A DNA stretch of 64,000 bases from a bacterium (lineage in GTDB: Bacteria; Krumholzibacteriota; Krumholzibacteriia; G020349025). Where the stretch lies: assembly GCA_031362565.1 (NCBI GenBank), contig JANLSU010000132.1, positions 14,333 to 78,332 on the forward strand. Direction: 5' to 3'. Under the pieces are notes generated by a model. That model saw nothing but the letters and a program-made list of their open reading frames with translations. It had not been told where the DNA came from and ran no database searches. The position numbers and the translations under genes are program-made. Position 1 is the first letter of the stretch; each line of letters begins with the position of its first letter. Shown in pieces: positions 10,271 to 20,909 of this stretch.

Positions 10271-12076
10271 ATGACCCGGACAACCTTTTGCTTGGCGCTC
10301 TGCCTCGCGCTCCTGGGGACAGGCAGCGCGCGCGCGGCGGTATTTCTCCGTCTGGATGACTACGACACCAAGGACCTGAAGACTGCGGGCTTCGAGCTCG
10401 CCCGCAAGGCACACGTCGAAATCGATGCGCTCGGGGTCCGGAACCCCTGGTCCGACGAGTACGCGGCATACGCCTGGATCATCGACGCGAACACCCGCCA
10501 GGTCGTCTGGTCGCAGGACGACAGTGACGGCACCACGGTCCGCGGCGGGCATCGCGACCGGCGTGACCGCCGCATGCTGCGGACCCACGAATCCGTCGAC
10601 CTTGGCCCAGGACGTTACGAGCTGTATGCATGGGCGGGGCTCGGGTACAACGGCAACTTCAACAACTTCCGTTTTCATTTCAGCAGCCTCGGTAAGCTGC
10701 GCGATCTCGTCGATCTCGCCGACTCGCACGATGACGGCGACGTCGATGACCGGCGGTTCAAGACGGCGCTGCGTGACTGCTACGTCGAACTCGCCTCGAA
10801 TGACATCCAAAAGAGCGAGGTGAAGAACTTCGACCCGACGGGTGAAGTGCCGGGTGCCGTGTTCCGCGCCAACCGTCTCGGTGATCATGCGTTCGTGGAG
10901 AAGGGCCTGCGCGTCGACAAACCGCTCGACTTGCGTTTGTACGGCACCTGCGAGTGGCCCAACGACTGGCGCGAACCAGCCGACGCGACCTGGATCATCA
11001 ACGCCGACACGCGCGAGCGTGTTTGGGAGCTCAGCCGCCGTAACACCGAGGACGCGGGCGGGGCCGAGAAGAACCGCTCGTTCGACACCGAAGTGCACCT
11101 GGATGCAGGGCGTTATGTTCTCTGCGCCGGCACCGACGATTCGCACTCCTTCGACGAATTCAACGCCGCACCGCCCTATGACCCGGCGGCCTGGGGTGTG
11201 CAGGTCCTGCCCGGCCACAGCTTCGACGCCGCCGCGTTCCATGTGGAAGACGCGCCGGTTAGAGGCGAGCCGGTCGTGGATCTCACCAAAGTCCGCGACA
11301 ATGACGTCCTCGAGCGCCGCTTCAAAGTGAACCGCGATGGCGACGTGCTGGTTTACGCCCTTGGCGAATGGAACGACAACGGCGACGAGTTCGCGGACCG
11401 TGGTTGGATCACGCGCGCCGGCAGCCGCGATGTGGTCTGGGAAATGAAGGAACGCAACACGCACCACGCCGGCGGCGCGGAAAAGAACCGTATGTTCGAC
11501 GGCTTGGTGAAGCTCGCGGCCGGCGACTATGTGGCACATTTCGAGACCGACGACTCACATTCGTACCGGCGTTGGAACTCGGAGGCGCCGTACGACCGCG
11601 AAGCTTGGGGACTGGCGGTCTACCCGGCGCATGGCATGACGGCCCACGACTTCCAAGTCAGCGAACTGCGGAAGAACGACGACGGCTCGGCGGACAAGTA
11701 CGATAAACCGGCGGATGCCCTCGCGTCGATCACGCGGGTGCGCAATCATGCCCACGAGCACGACAAATTCACCCTCACCAAGGCCACCAAGGTTCACATC
11801 TATGCACTCGGTGAAGGTGTCGATCGCGACATGGCCGACTACGGCTGGATCGAGGACAAGAACGGCGAAGTGGTCTGGGAAATGACCTGGCGAAAGACAC
11901 ACGAAGCCGGCGGGGCGCGCAAGAACCGCGAATTCGACGGTGACGTGCTGTTGGATGCCGGCACCTACGAAGTGCACTTCGAGACCGACGGCTCGCACGC
12001 CTACGGCTCGTGGAACGACCGCCGTCCGGACGACCCGAGCGCCTGGGGCATCACGATCACGCCCGCGAAACCGTAA
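10271..12076 (+). CDS. Secreted hypothetical protein with four tandem ~130-aa repeats
   Basis: Signal peptide. Repeated W-I...VWE...AGGAxKNRxFD...LxAGxY...TDxSH...AWG units. Confidence 0.85.
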   Translation: MTRTTFCLALCLALLGTGSARAAVFLRLDDYDTKDLKTAGFELARKAHVEIDALGVRNPWSDEYAAYAWIIDANTRQVVWSQDDSDGTTVRGGHRDRRDRRMLRTHESVDLGPGRYELYAWAGLGYNGNFNNFRFHFSSLGKLRDLVDLADSHDDGDVDDRRFKTALRDCYVELASNDIQKSEVKNFDPTGEVPGAVFRANRLGDHAFVEKGLRVDKPLDLRLYGTCEWPNDWREPADATWIINADTRERVWELSRRNTEDAGGAEKNRSFDTEVHLDAGRYVLCAGTDDSHSFDEFNAAPPYDPAAWGVQVLPGHSFDAAAFHVEDAPVRGEPVVDLTKVRDNDVLERRFKVNRDGDVLVYALGEWNDNGDEFADRGWITRAGSRDVVWEMKERNTHHAGGAEKNRMFDGLVKLAAGDYVAHFETDDSHSYRRWNSEAPYDREAWGLAVYPAHGMTAHDFQVSELRKNDDGSADKYDKPADALASITRVRNHAHEHDKFTLTKATKVHIYALGEGVDRDMADYGWIEDKNGEVVWEMTWRKTHEAGGARKNREFDGDVLLDAGTYEVHFETDGSHAYGSWNDRRPDDPSAWGITITPAKP

Positions 12077-12104
12077 GCGATTGGTGGAACGCCGCGGTGG
12101 TGGA

Positions 12105-13253
12105 TCAGCGCCGCGCCGCGGCGGGCTCGGGCACGCTTTGGACGACGCGGAGGATGTTGTAACGCGAATCTCGTTGCGCGGGCACATAACCCGCGCCGCG
12201 GATGTGCCGTTGCATGGTGATCTCCGCGACGTGGCGGAGTGACGTGCCGGCCGCCGACACGACGTTCTCTTCCAGCATCGTGCTGCCGAAGTCGTCGCAG
12301 CCGAACTCGAGCGCGACCTCGGCCAAGCGCAGGCCTTGCGTCGGCCACGACGCTTGCACGTGCGCGAAGCTGTCCAGGAAGAGCCGGGCGACCGCCATCA
12401 AGCGCAGGTATTCGTTCGCGCTCGCGCCATACGAGTCGCGATTCTTACTGCGGCCGAGTGGCGTATTGTCCGTCTGCAACGTCCAGGCGATGAACGCCGA
12501 AAACCCGTGGCCGTGCGCCGCACGGCTCGCGTCCTGCAAATCGCGCAGCTTTTGCAAGTGGCCGATGCGCTGCTCGACCGTCTCACCAAAACCGATCACC
12601 ATGCTGGCGGACGTCACGAGTCCCAGCTTTTGCGCGATCCGCATCGCCTCCAGCCAGCCCGCGGCGCTCTGCTTCTTGGGGCTGACACGCTTGCGCACCT
12701 CGTCGTCCAGCATCTCGGCGCCGCCGCCCGGCAGGCCCGCGAGTCCGGCCGTTTGCAAGCGCCCGAGGACTTGCTCCATCGAGAGGCCCTCGACGGTCGC
12801 AATGTGGTCGATTTCGGACGGCGAAAACGCATTGATCTCGATCTCGGGGTAGGTCGCGCGTAGCCAGCGCAGCAGGTCTTCGTACCACGCGAGCGGCAGG
12901 TCGGGATTGTGGCCGCCCTGCATGAGAATGCGCGTCCCACCGACCTCCATGAGTTCTTCGATCTTCTGCGACAACTCGGCGCGCGTCAGCGTGTACGACT
13001 CCGGATGGTTCTTGTTGGGCCGGTAGAAGGCGCAGAACTGGCAGTCCGTGATGCAAATATTCGTGTAGTTGATGTTGCGATCGATGAGGTACGTGACGTG
13101 GCGTTCGGGCACCTGCCGGAAGCGCGCGGCTTGCGCCGCCTGGCCGAGCGCGTGCAGGTCGGCCTCCCGGTAGAGACGCGCCGCGTCCCCAGCTTCGAGG
13201 CGCTGCCCGGCGCGCACATCGTTCAGAATCTTGTCGGCGCTCGCGACTGCCAC
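12105..13253 (-). CDS. mqnC: Cyclic dehypoxanthine futalosine synthase (radical SAM, CofH/MqnC family)
   Basis: RNINYTNICITDCQFCAF, LMQGGHNP, PGGGAE, DFGSTMLEENVVSAAG. GTG start after GGAGG. Confidence 0.88.
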   Translation of the reverse strand: MAVASADKILNDVRAGQRLEAGDAARLYREADLHALGQAAQAARFRQVPERHVTYLIDRNINYTNICITDCQFCAFYRPNKNHPESYTLTRAELSQKIEELMEVGGTRILMQGGHNPDLPLAWYEDLLRWLRATYPEIEINAFSPSEIDHIATVEGLSMEQVLGRLQTAGLAGLPGGGAEMLDDEVRKRVSPKKQSAAGWLEAMRIAQKLGLVTSASMVIGFGETVEQRIGHLQKLRDLQDASRAAHGHGFSAFIAWTLQTDNTPLGRSKNRDSYGASANEYLRLMAVARLFLDSFAHVQASWPTQGLRLAEVALEFGCDDFGSTMLEENVVSAAGTSLRHVAEITMQRHIRGAGYVPAQRDSRYNILRVVQSVPEPAAARR

Positions 13254-13362
13254 GGACCCTCCGGAAATGATGCTGCGGGCACTCCAGGTGTCGTGTCCCC
13301 GCGCGTCTGCGCGCCCACGGTACCTGAAGACGTTCGGGGGCCGCAACCGGGGACGGCCTTGG

Positions 13363-13863
13363 CTACACGGACCCTTCGAGATCGAGAGTCATGTAGACAT
13401 TCGCCGTTTGGTAGCGCACGTCGGCCGGCAGGTCGGCATGGCGAAAGCCGAGTGTCTCATAGAGGCGGATGGCATCCACGAGGGATGTATGCGAAGTCAG
13501 GACGACCTGGATCGCCCCGGCGTCGCGCGCGAATTCAATCACGGCCTCGGAGAGCTTCCGTCCAAGGCCGCGGCGTTGTGCCGCCGGATCGACGGCGAGC
13601 TTGGCCAATTCGAAGATCGTGGGTGCGATGCGAATCGCCGCACACGAGCCGATCGCAGCGCCATGTTCCACCGCGAAGAAGACTTGCCCACCGGTTGCCA
13701 GAATGCGGCCCTCCGGATCCTGGAGGTATTCGAGGTCGACGGGTTCAAGAAGGTCGTGCCCCTCGAGCCACACACGATTCAAACGTTCGAACGCGGCGCG
13801 GAACTCGGGGCGATAGGGCACGACCGAGATGGACGCCTGCCCGGAGATTGGATCAAATGCCAT
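13363..13863 (-). CDS. GNAT acetyltransferase
   Basis: ELAKLAV...QRRGLGRKL and AIRLYETLGF motifs. Confidence 0.88.
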   Translation of the reverse strand: MAFDPISGQASISVVPYRPEFRAAFERLNRVWLEGHDLLEPVDLEYLQDPEGRILATGGQVFFAVEHGAAIGSCAAIRIAPTIFELAKLAVDPAAQRRGLGRKLSEAVIEFARDAGAIQVVLTSHTSLVDAIRLYETLGFRHADLPADVRYQTANVYMTLDLEGSV

Positions 13864-13992
13864 CGCTGCACCAACCTCCGAAATCATCGAGCGCCGAACG
13901 ACCGCCGCAATGATGCGTGGACGCGCCGCGGCGCGCAAAACGGCGGTGGCCGTCGACAAAGGTCGTGATGGACTGGATGGACTGGCTAGGAT

Positions 13993-14391
13993 TCATCGGT
14001 CCAACGCGTAGTCGAACTCGTACGAATGCTTGCCATCCGCGATGCTGATCGCCATCTTGCCGGCGAGTCCGACGAGTTCGCCGGTGCCGGAGTCCGGCAC
14101 GACGGTCACGGAAAGCTGCGGCGTACCGCGATCCATGGTGCCGGTGTGTTGCAGCGCAAACGTGCCGGTCTTGCCCTGCAGCGTGCCGGTGACGCGCTCC
14201 ATCGCGACGTACCCGGCGGAGCCCGGAGTGTCGGTGCCGGCGGCCAGCATCTGCCCCCGGCTCGTCGCTGCGAGATCGCCGTGAAACCGCTTGTCGAGCC
14301 CCAGCCGGCCCACGGTTGGATCTCCGACGTTCTCTTCCGCGGCCTGAGGGGTCATCTTCACTTCGAACGTGCCGCTGGCGCGATTCATCAC
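13993..14391 (-). CDS. DUF3224 family protein
   Basis: SAGYVAMERVTGTL, FALQH, VVPDSGTGEL, HSYEFDY. Confidence 0.85.
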   Translation of the reverse strand: MMNRASGTFEVKMTPQAAEENVGDPTVGRLGLDKRFHGDLAATSRGQMLAAGTDTPGSAGYVAMERVTGTLQGKTGTFALQHTGTMDRGTPQLSVTVVPDSGTGELVGLAGKMAISIADGKHSYEFDYALDR

Positions 14392-14548
14392 TGCCGCCTC
14401 CGTCTAGTGTTCCATGGTCCGTTTGCCCGTCACGCGGTGGATCCTTGGGCTCGAGACCATCGTCCCAGCGAGTTTACTGCTTTTCGTCACCGCCTTACTC
14501 GGGGGGGGTCCACGCCCTGCCACCGGTGTTCCTTGGTATAGTTTCAGA

Positions 14549-16636
14549 ATGACTTCGGCAACCAACCAGCGCGTGCAAACGGCCCCGCCTGTGTCACGAA
14601 CCGCCGACTTCCTCGCGGCCGGGTACGCACTCGCGTACACCTTGTTCCTGCTGGCGATCTCGTGGACCGCGCCGGCGCTCGGCGATCTCGATCTCGATAC
14701 CGATTTCTACGGTGACCTGGTCTTGGCGGCGCAGGCGCTCGTGCGCGGCCACTTTTCGGTGGAGAACTATCCATACAAGGGGCCGTTGTATTCGTTGGTG
14801 ATCGCCGCGGTCCACGCCGTAGTCGGCGATTGGTATCGAGCCGCGGTCACGACCAGCGCCTTGGGTGCCGGGGCGGCGTTGTTCGCGGTGTTCCGCCTGA
14901 CCCGCCAGGTCTTCGGGTCGTGGGCCGCACTGGGAACGAGCGTCGCAACTTCTCTGATCGTGGATTTCTTCGTGCACGCGCACCACGCTACGACAGACGT
15001 CCTTTTCTTGGCACTTGCGGTTGGTTCGCTGGCGCTTTTCTGCGGCCAGGCGCCGGCCTGGCGCAGCCGCGGCCTGGCGGGTGCACTGGCGGGACTCGCT
15101 TTCCTCACCCGTTACAACGGCCTGGTGTTGCCACTGGCGGCACTCGCGTGCGACTTCGTGGTCGCCCGCGAGGACCGGTCACGGGCGGCGCGCACCCGGG
15201 CAGCCGCATGGTTCGTGGGCGCTTTTCTGCTGGTGGCAAGCCCGTGGTTTGTGGCGAACCTGCACGCCACGGGCCGGTTGTTGCCGGGGAAGAACGCCCA
15301 AAACGTCGTCGCCGGCCTCTTTGGAGCGGTGCGCTGGTCGCAAGTGCACGCCGACGATGAGGGTGGCATCGTCGCGCTCTTGCGCGAGGCACCTCTGCGC
15401 GCCGGCGCCCAATTCGTCCGCAATCTCGTCACCCACTTCGGCCTCGATCTGCAGCAATTGCTCGAATGGCCGCTGGCACTGCTCGCGCTCGCCGGCGCCG
15501 CGGGACTGCTGCTTCGGCCGCCAAATGCGCCGATGCGCTGCATCTTGTGCTTTGCGATCGGCCATTTTCTGGCGATGGGGCTGCTTTTCTACTCGCCGCG
15601 CTTTTCGTTTTTTCTTGCTCCGATGTACCTGTCGGCCGGGTTTTCATTCCTGACCGGGTCGCCGCAAAGACCGCGCTTCCGATGGGCAAACCGGTGGCGC
15701 GCCCGGTTTCTGGATGGTGCCACCGTGACGCGCGCCGCGCTCGTCGTGGGAATCGTCTTGTTGGGATGCGCCGCCTTTCAAATACCTCGCATGGCTTCGA
15801 TCGAGCATCGTCTTCGCGCCCGGCAGCCGCTGTATCTCCTTGCCGCGGCGGAGGCACTGCGGACGCACGCCGGTACTACGGCCAAAGGCGATGACCCACC
15901 CGTGTTGATGGCGCGCAAGGGCCATCTCGCGTTCGTTGCCGGGCTCAAGTATCAGCCGTACCCCATCGCTGCGGCACAATCGCTCGAGTCGTTGATCCAG
16001 TTCGCGCGCCAGCACGGAGTGCGCTACGTGACCTATGGCAGTCCGGAATTCGATCTCTGTCCGGATTTGCGTTTCATGGCCGTCACCGACTCGATTCCCG
16101 GTCTCGATCTGGTTTATGCCGCGGCGCGCGTCCGCATTTTTCAACTGAACCAGGCACAAACCGCGATCACGGTCAGCGATGCGGATCAACTTGCGATGTT
16201 CGAGACGAATGTCCGCATTGCAGACAAGCGTGGCGTACCGGACATCCAAGCGCGGGCGCTCGGTGAACTCGCCCAGTTTCAGGCGGAACACGGCGCCACG
16301 GCGGATGCAGAAGCCGCATATCACCGCATCATCGATCTGTGCAATGCCGCGACGGTGCATCGCGACGCGGCGGCCTTCAACGGCGCGATCGCGGGTCTCA
16401 AACTGGCACGGTTGCTTCTCGATCTCGGACGTGGTGCAGAGGCGGCACCGCTGGCGGACGCGAGCGCTGCTTACTTCGAACGTCAGGGCCCCGCTTCGAA
16501 CGCGGTGCGAGCGTATCTCTTGGCGGCTCGCTGCCAGGACTCGCTCGGACAAGCGGCACAGTCGGCGGCTCGGACGGCAAAGGCCCGGGATCTCGAGGCG
16601 CGCCTACCGCGCGCGCAACGCAGAACGGCGCCGTAA
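14549..16636 (+). CDS. ArnT/PMT-like (GT-C) membrane glycosyltransferase with C-terminal helical (TPR-like) domain
   Basis: Many TM segments, acidic loop DLDTDFY, GLAFLTRYNG motif, Ala-rich helical tail. Confidence 0.7.
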   Translation: MTSATNQRVQTAPPVSRTADFLAAGYALAYTLFLLAISWTAPALGDLDLDTDFYGDLVLAAQALVRGHFSVENYPYKGPLYSLVIAAVHAVVGDWYRAAVTTSALGAGAALFAVFRLTRQVFGSWAALGTSVATSLIVDFFVHAHHATTDVLFLALAVGSLALFCGQAPAWRSRGLAGALAGLAFLTRYNGLVLPLAALACDFVVAREDRSRAARTRAAAWFVGAFLLVASPWFVANLHATGRLLPGKNAQNVVAGLFGAVRWSQVHADDEGGIVALLREAPLRAGAQFVRNLVTHFGLDLQQLLEWPLALLALAGAAGLLLRPPNAPMRCILCFAIGHFLAMGLLFYSPRFSFFLAPMYLSAGFSFLTGSPQRPRFRWANRWRARFLDGATVTRAALVVGIVLLGCAAFQIPRMASIEHRLRARQPLYLLAAAEALRTHAGTTAKGDDPPVLMARKGHLAFVAGLKYQPYPIAAAQSLESLIQFARQHGVRYVTYGSPEFDLCPDLRFMAVTDSIPGLDLVYAAARVRIFQLNQAQTAITVSDADQLAMFETNVRIADKRGVPDIQARALGELAQFQAEHGATADAEAAYHRIIDLCNAATVHRDAAAFNGAIAGLKLARLLLDLGRGAEAAPLADASAAYFERQGPASNAVRAYLLAARCQDSLGQAAQSAARTAKARDLEARLPRAQRRTAP

Positions 16637-16654
16637 GGCCCGTGATCCGACACC

Positions 16655-17812
16655 TCAGCGCGGGAACGCTGCCAGGAAGGCCGTTGCAAACGGCGATCGC
16701 TGGACTGCGGCTTCGTCCAAACCGTTGCCCCAACGCAGTCCGTCGGAATTTGCGAGCAGGATGACGGTCAAGTGACGGGCCGGCGCTTTGAGATAGAGCG
16801 CGGAGTAGGCGCCCTCCCACAAGCCCGAGTGCCAGATCAGCGGTTCGCCGGTATCGTCCTGCACGAACCAACCGAGGCCATACGGCAAGACCGTCCCCGA
16901 AGGCGCCCGCCCCGCCGTCCACATGGCATGCAGCGACGCCGGCGAAAGCAGGCGGCCGCGCGTCAGCGCGATATCGAACCGCGCCAGATCCATCGCCGTC
17001 GAGACGACACCGCCCGCGGCGCCATCGCCCTGCGGCGGCGGCGGTGCGGACACGACGACCGTCCCCGTCGAATCGACGTGATAGGGCGTCGCAAGCTGGC
17101 TTGCCAACGCGGGCGTCAACGCGAGGCGCCGGTTGGTCCGCGCCGAGTGGGTCATGCCGGCCGGCACAAAGACCTCGGCCGCAATCAACTCCGAGAACGT
17201 GGTGCCGGCGACTTGCGCGATCGGGCGCGACGCCCACGAATACGACGGCGGATTGTAGAAGAATCGTGTCCCTGGTACGCCATTTGCCGTCATCGACAAC
17301 ACGTTGCGCAGCGTCAGCGGGTAACGATCGCATTCGTAGTCGCGGAAAAAGATACCGCCATTCCCCCGGACATCGGCGCAGAACTCCGTGAACCCGTCGT
17401 AGGTCGTCATGGGCCGGTCGAGATCGAGCCGGCCGCGCTCCACCAAGCGCAGTGCGGCAACCGCCGAGATCGGTTTTGCCACCGAGGCGATATTGAAGGG
17501 CGTTTCCGGTGTGACAGGCACCGCACGCGCGAGATCGGCGTAGCCCAAACCACGTGCCAGAACAACCGTCGTGTCGCGGAGAACGACGATCGCCAAGCCC
17601 GGAATGTGAGCGGCCGAGCGCAGTGAGTCGGCACGGGTTGCGAAGCGTGCCGCGGCGGCGCGATCGCTGGAGCCCGACGCCGGGTTGATGCGGCTCGGCG
17701 GCGGCCGATGCGCACACGCGGACAAGAGTACGGCGCCCGTCAGAACGCCTCGTGCAAGAGTCGAGCGCAGCAAGCGAAGCCTCGATTCAAATGGCCAAGC
17801 CGTTCTAGACAC
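16655..17812 (-). CDS. Serine hydrolase, beta-lactamase family (probable lipoprotein)
   Basis: FNIASVAK (SxxK), YGLGW, WHSG, lipobox LSAC. Confidence 0.88.
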   Translation of the reverse strand: MSRTAWPFESRLRLLRSTLARGVLTGAVLLSACAHRPPPSRINPASGSSDRAAAARFATRADSLRSAAHIPGLAIVVLRDTTVVLARGLGYADLARAVPVTPETPFNIASVAKPISAVAALRLVERGRLDLDRPMTTYDGFTEFCADVRGNGGIFFRDYECDRYPLTLRNVLSMTANGVPGTRFFYNPPSYSWASRPIAQVAGTTFSELIAAEVFVPAGMTHSARTNRRLALTPALASQLATPYHVDSTGTVVVSAPPPPQGDGAAGGVVSTAMDLARFDIALTRGRLLSPASLHAMWTAGRAPSGTVLPYGLGWFVQDDTGEPLIWHSGLWEGAYSALYLKAPARHLTVILLANSDGLRWGNGLDEAAVQRSPFATAFLAAFPR

Positions 17813-18503
17813 GGCCGGGCACGGGGATCGCGGCGCCGGTCACGGCGCTCGCCGCATCCGACAACAGAAACACGATTACGTCGGCGATGGCTTGTGCCGG
17901 AACCCAACGGCTGAAGTCGGCGGTGGGCATGGCGGCGCGGTTCGCGGGCGTGTCGATCAGACTCGGGAGAACCGCATTGACCGTGATGCCACGGTCCTTC
18001 AGTTCTTCGGCCAGCGACTCGGTCAGCTTCAGCACCCCGGCCTTCGACGCCGCGTACGCGCCGATCCCGGCACCCGACTTGGCGGCGGCAGCGAGGGCGG
18101 CGATGTTGACGATGCGTCCGCCGCCGCGTTTCAGAAGATACGGCAGCGCCGCCTGCGACGCACTCACCGCACTTCGTAGATTGACTCGATACAGCAGATC
18201 CCAGGTCTCGAGACTGCCCTGTTCGAGTGTTTCAGAACGGAATGTGCCCGCCACATTCACCAGTGCGTCCAAGCCGCCAAAGCGTTCGGCGACTTTGCCT
18301 AAGGCTTGCCGGGCGGCCTCAGCGTCGGCGAGATCGAGCCCGCCGAGGGCAAACACGCCGCTGGGCACCGCGGTACCCGCAGCCGGCCGTGAATGGTCCA
18401 ACATCGCAACCTGGGCTCCCGCATCAAGAGACGCGCGCACGACAGCCATCCCGAGTTGTCCCAGGGCGCCGGTGACGGCCACAACCTTCCCCTTGAGCGC
18501 CAT
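17805..18503 (-). CDS. SDR family oxidoreductase
   Basis: TGALGQLG, YAASK, IDTPANR. Confidence 0.92.
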   Translation of the reverse strand: MALKGKVVAVTGALGQLGMAVVRASLDAGAQVAMLDHSRPAAGTAVPSGVFALGGLDLADAEAARQALGKVAERFGGLDALVNVAGTFRSETLEQGSLETWDLLYRVNLRSAVSASQAALPYLLKRGGGRIVNIAALAAAAKSGAGIGAYAASKAGVLKLTESLAEELKDRGITVNAVLPSLIDTPANRAAMPTADFSRWVPAQAIADVIVFLLSDAASAVTGAAIPVPGRV

Positions 18504-18521
18504 GTTGCTGTCCTCTCCGCC

Positions 18522-19136
18522 TTATGGATACAACGTTTCGTGCTTCGCCAGCATGCCGACGAACTTCTCGATACGCTTGGCGCGAGTTTCAGCCTTCTTC
18601 GCGGTTTGTATTCGGTGCAGAATAGCATAGCGGTTGAGGCGATTGAGCGTCGCAAAGAAGGCTTTCGCCGTCGCATTCCGGTTCAAAGCGGCCTGAAGAT
18701 CGCTCGGGACGCCGGCCTGGCGGGGCGAATCGTATGCCGCAACGCCACGGTTGCGAGCGGATACTGTGACGGATCGAGGTCTTGTGGTTGGGGCAACGTC
18801 ACAAGCCGGCTCGTGACACCCTGAATCAAGACGACGGTGGCCAGGCCGAGAACACCGGCGAGAATCGCCATTCCCCAAACGTCGTCCGAGAGATGGTTGG
18901 CGCGACAGTTCGCGCGCCGCGCCTCGGCCGCCGAGCGCGGCCAACCGGCGCCTCGCACGTAGCGCCAACAGCCACAGATAGAGAGCGGTCGGTGGCACCG
19001 CCCAAGGCACCCGCGACCCATGCTTGAGGTTGAGCGCGACGAGTCCGGCCCAGGGCAAGGTGCCCGCCGAGGCTGCTACAAGCCCCATAAGAAGCGCCCG
19101 CAACACCACCGGGAGGCGATTCCAAAACGCTCGCAC
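18522..19136 (-). pseudogene. Chimeric remnant: frameshifted CPBP/CAAX-protease-like N-terminus joined to a YdeI/OmdA C-terminus
   Basis: MRAFWNRLP...LYLWL continues in another frame as WRYVRGAGWP...YPLATVAL. The 3' part is VPSDLQAAL...RIQTAKKAETRAKRI. Confidence 0.7.
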
Positions 19137-19190
19137 GCCGCTCGTTTCTGGGGTTCAAGAGGGTCAAGGGCCGCTGGCTTGATGCTACGG

Positions 19191-19865
19191 CTACAGAAAT
19201 GTCGCGATGTCTTCCAGCCGCTTCTTGGAAATCACCGGCACCTGCGCACCTTCTGCCGGGTAGCCCACCACCAGAATCAGAAACGGCCGCTCGTGCGCCG
19301 GGCGGCCGAGGATGTCGTTCAAGAACCCCATGGGACTCGGCGTATGGGTGAGCGACGCGAGCCCCGCGTGGTGAACGGCGGTGATCAGAATGCCGGTCGC
19401 AATGCCGACCGACTCCCGCACGTAGTAGTGCTTCACTCTTCGCCCATCCGCAAGTTCGCCATAAGTCTGGGCGAAGACCACGATGAGGTACGGCGCGGTT
19501 TCGAGAAAGGGCTTGTGCGCGTCGGTACCGAGCGGCGCGAGCGCCTCGAGCCATTCCGGCGGGGCCTTGTGGTGATAGAACTCGTGCTCTTCTTTCTCTG
19601 CTTCCAACCGGATCCGGCGCTTGATCGCCGCAGCCGCGACCACGACAAAATGCCAGGGCTGCAAATTGGCGCCATTCGGCCCGGTGCCGGCCGCCCGTAG
19701 GCAGTCTTCGATGATCTCGCGCCGCACCGGCCGGTCCGAGAACTCGCGCACCGTGCGCCGCCGCCGGATGTCGGCATAAAACTCGGACGCCCGGCGCTGC
19801 ATTTCCTCGACCGGGTATTCGCGGTAGGAAGGGTGTGGGATGAAATTCGCACCAACCATCGACAT
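19191..19865 (-). CDS. Nitroreductase family protein, iodotyrosine-deiodinase-like
   Basis: [41 protein letters not shown]. Confidence 0.85.
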   Translation of the reverse strand: MSMVGANFIPHPSYREYPVEEMQRRASEFYADIRRRRTVREFSDRPVRREIIEDCLRAAGTGPNGANLQPWHFVVVAAAAIKRRIRLEAEKEEHEFYHHKAPPEWLEALAPLGTDAHKPFLETAPYLIVVFAQTYGELADGRRVKHYYVRESVGIATGILITAVHHAGLASLTHTPSPMGFLNDILGRPAHERPFLILVVGYPAEGAQVPVISKKRLEDIATFL

Positions 19866-20006
19866 CTCCTCGAGGGGGCCAGCCGACCCAGGGGTGGACC
19901 GAAAATTCTCCATGGCAGAAAATAGCTGCAGACTCGAAGGTTCGCCAGATGGTCGCTGCACGATCACTCCCGCCGCGTCGCGGCGCCCAAGGAGGCCCGG
20001 TCACGC

Positions 20007-20885
20007 ATGGAGAATCGATTCGCGACCCGCCTCGCGGAGCCCGGCTTCGTGCTCTTGGATGGCGCCACCGGCACCGTGCTCGAGGCGCGGGGCTTTTCTG
20101 CACCGCTGCCACTTTGGACCGGCGACGCGGCGGTCCGCGCTCCCGTCACCTTGCTCCACGTGCACGCCGAATACTTGGCGGCCGGCGCTGATGTCGTAAC
20201 CGCGAACACGTTTCGCACCAGTCCTTATGCGCTCCGCGCCGCCGGATATGCGGGCGAGGCCGCAGCACTGACGCGGGACACGGTAGCGATTGCGCGCGCG
20301 GCGTGCGCGGCGGCGGGGCGCGGCCTGGTGGCCGGCAGTGTCGCGCCGCTCGAAGACTGTTTTCATCCAGAGCGCGTACCCAATGACGCAACGTTGAAGC
20401 ACGAGCATGCGGCGCACATCCGCAACCTGTGCGATGCGGGCGTCGATGTCTTGTTGCTGGAGACGATGAACACGGGGCGCGAAGCACGGATTGCCGCACA
20501 GCTCGCGCTCGAGACGGAACGGCCCGTGCTCGTGAGCGTGATCCTCGATGCGGAGAATTCGCAGCAGCTCTTGTCGGGGGAAAGCGTGGCGGTGGTTCTC
20601 GAGCAGCTCGGCCAACTACGAGTCAGCGGCCGGCAGGTCGCAGGGGTGCTGGTCAATTGCGCGCCGGCCGCAATCGCCGGGCGGGCGTTAGCGGAGAATC
20701 GCGGCGCCTTGATCGGCGCCTACCCCAACGCCGGCCATCCGCCGGCCGCGTCCGCCAGCGATTTCGCCGCCTGGGGCCGCACTGCATTGGCGCTCGGGGC
20801 GCAAATCTTCGGTGGGTGCTGCGGCACGACGCCGGACCATATCCGCGCCCTGGCAGCCTTGCGATTGCCCGGCACCGCACGCTGA
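20007..20885 (+). CDS. Homocysteine S-methyltransferase family protein
   Basis: LLDGATGT, AGADV..ANTF, VNC, YPNAG, GGCCGTTPDHI. Confidence 0.9.
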   Translation: MENRFATRLAEPGFVLLDGATGTVLEARGFSAPLPLWTGDAAVRAPVTLLHVHAEYLAAGADVVTANTFRTSPYALRAAGYAGEAAALTRDTVAIARAACAAAGRGLVAGSVAPLEDCFHPERVPNDATLKHEHAAHIRNLCDAGVDVLLLETMNTGREARIAAQLALETERPVLVSVILDAENSQQLLSGESVAVVLEQLGQLRVSGRQVAGVLVNCAPAAIAGRALAENRGALIGAYPNAGHPPAASASDFAAWGRTALALGAQIFGGCCGTTPDHIRALAALRLPGTAR

Positions 20886-20909
20886 GCGGCTTGGTGGCGC
20901 CGCGGCTCT

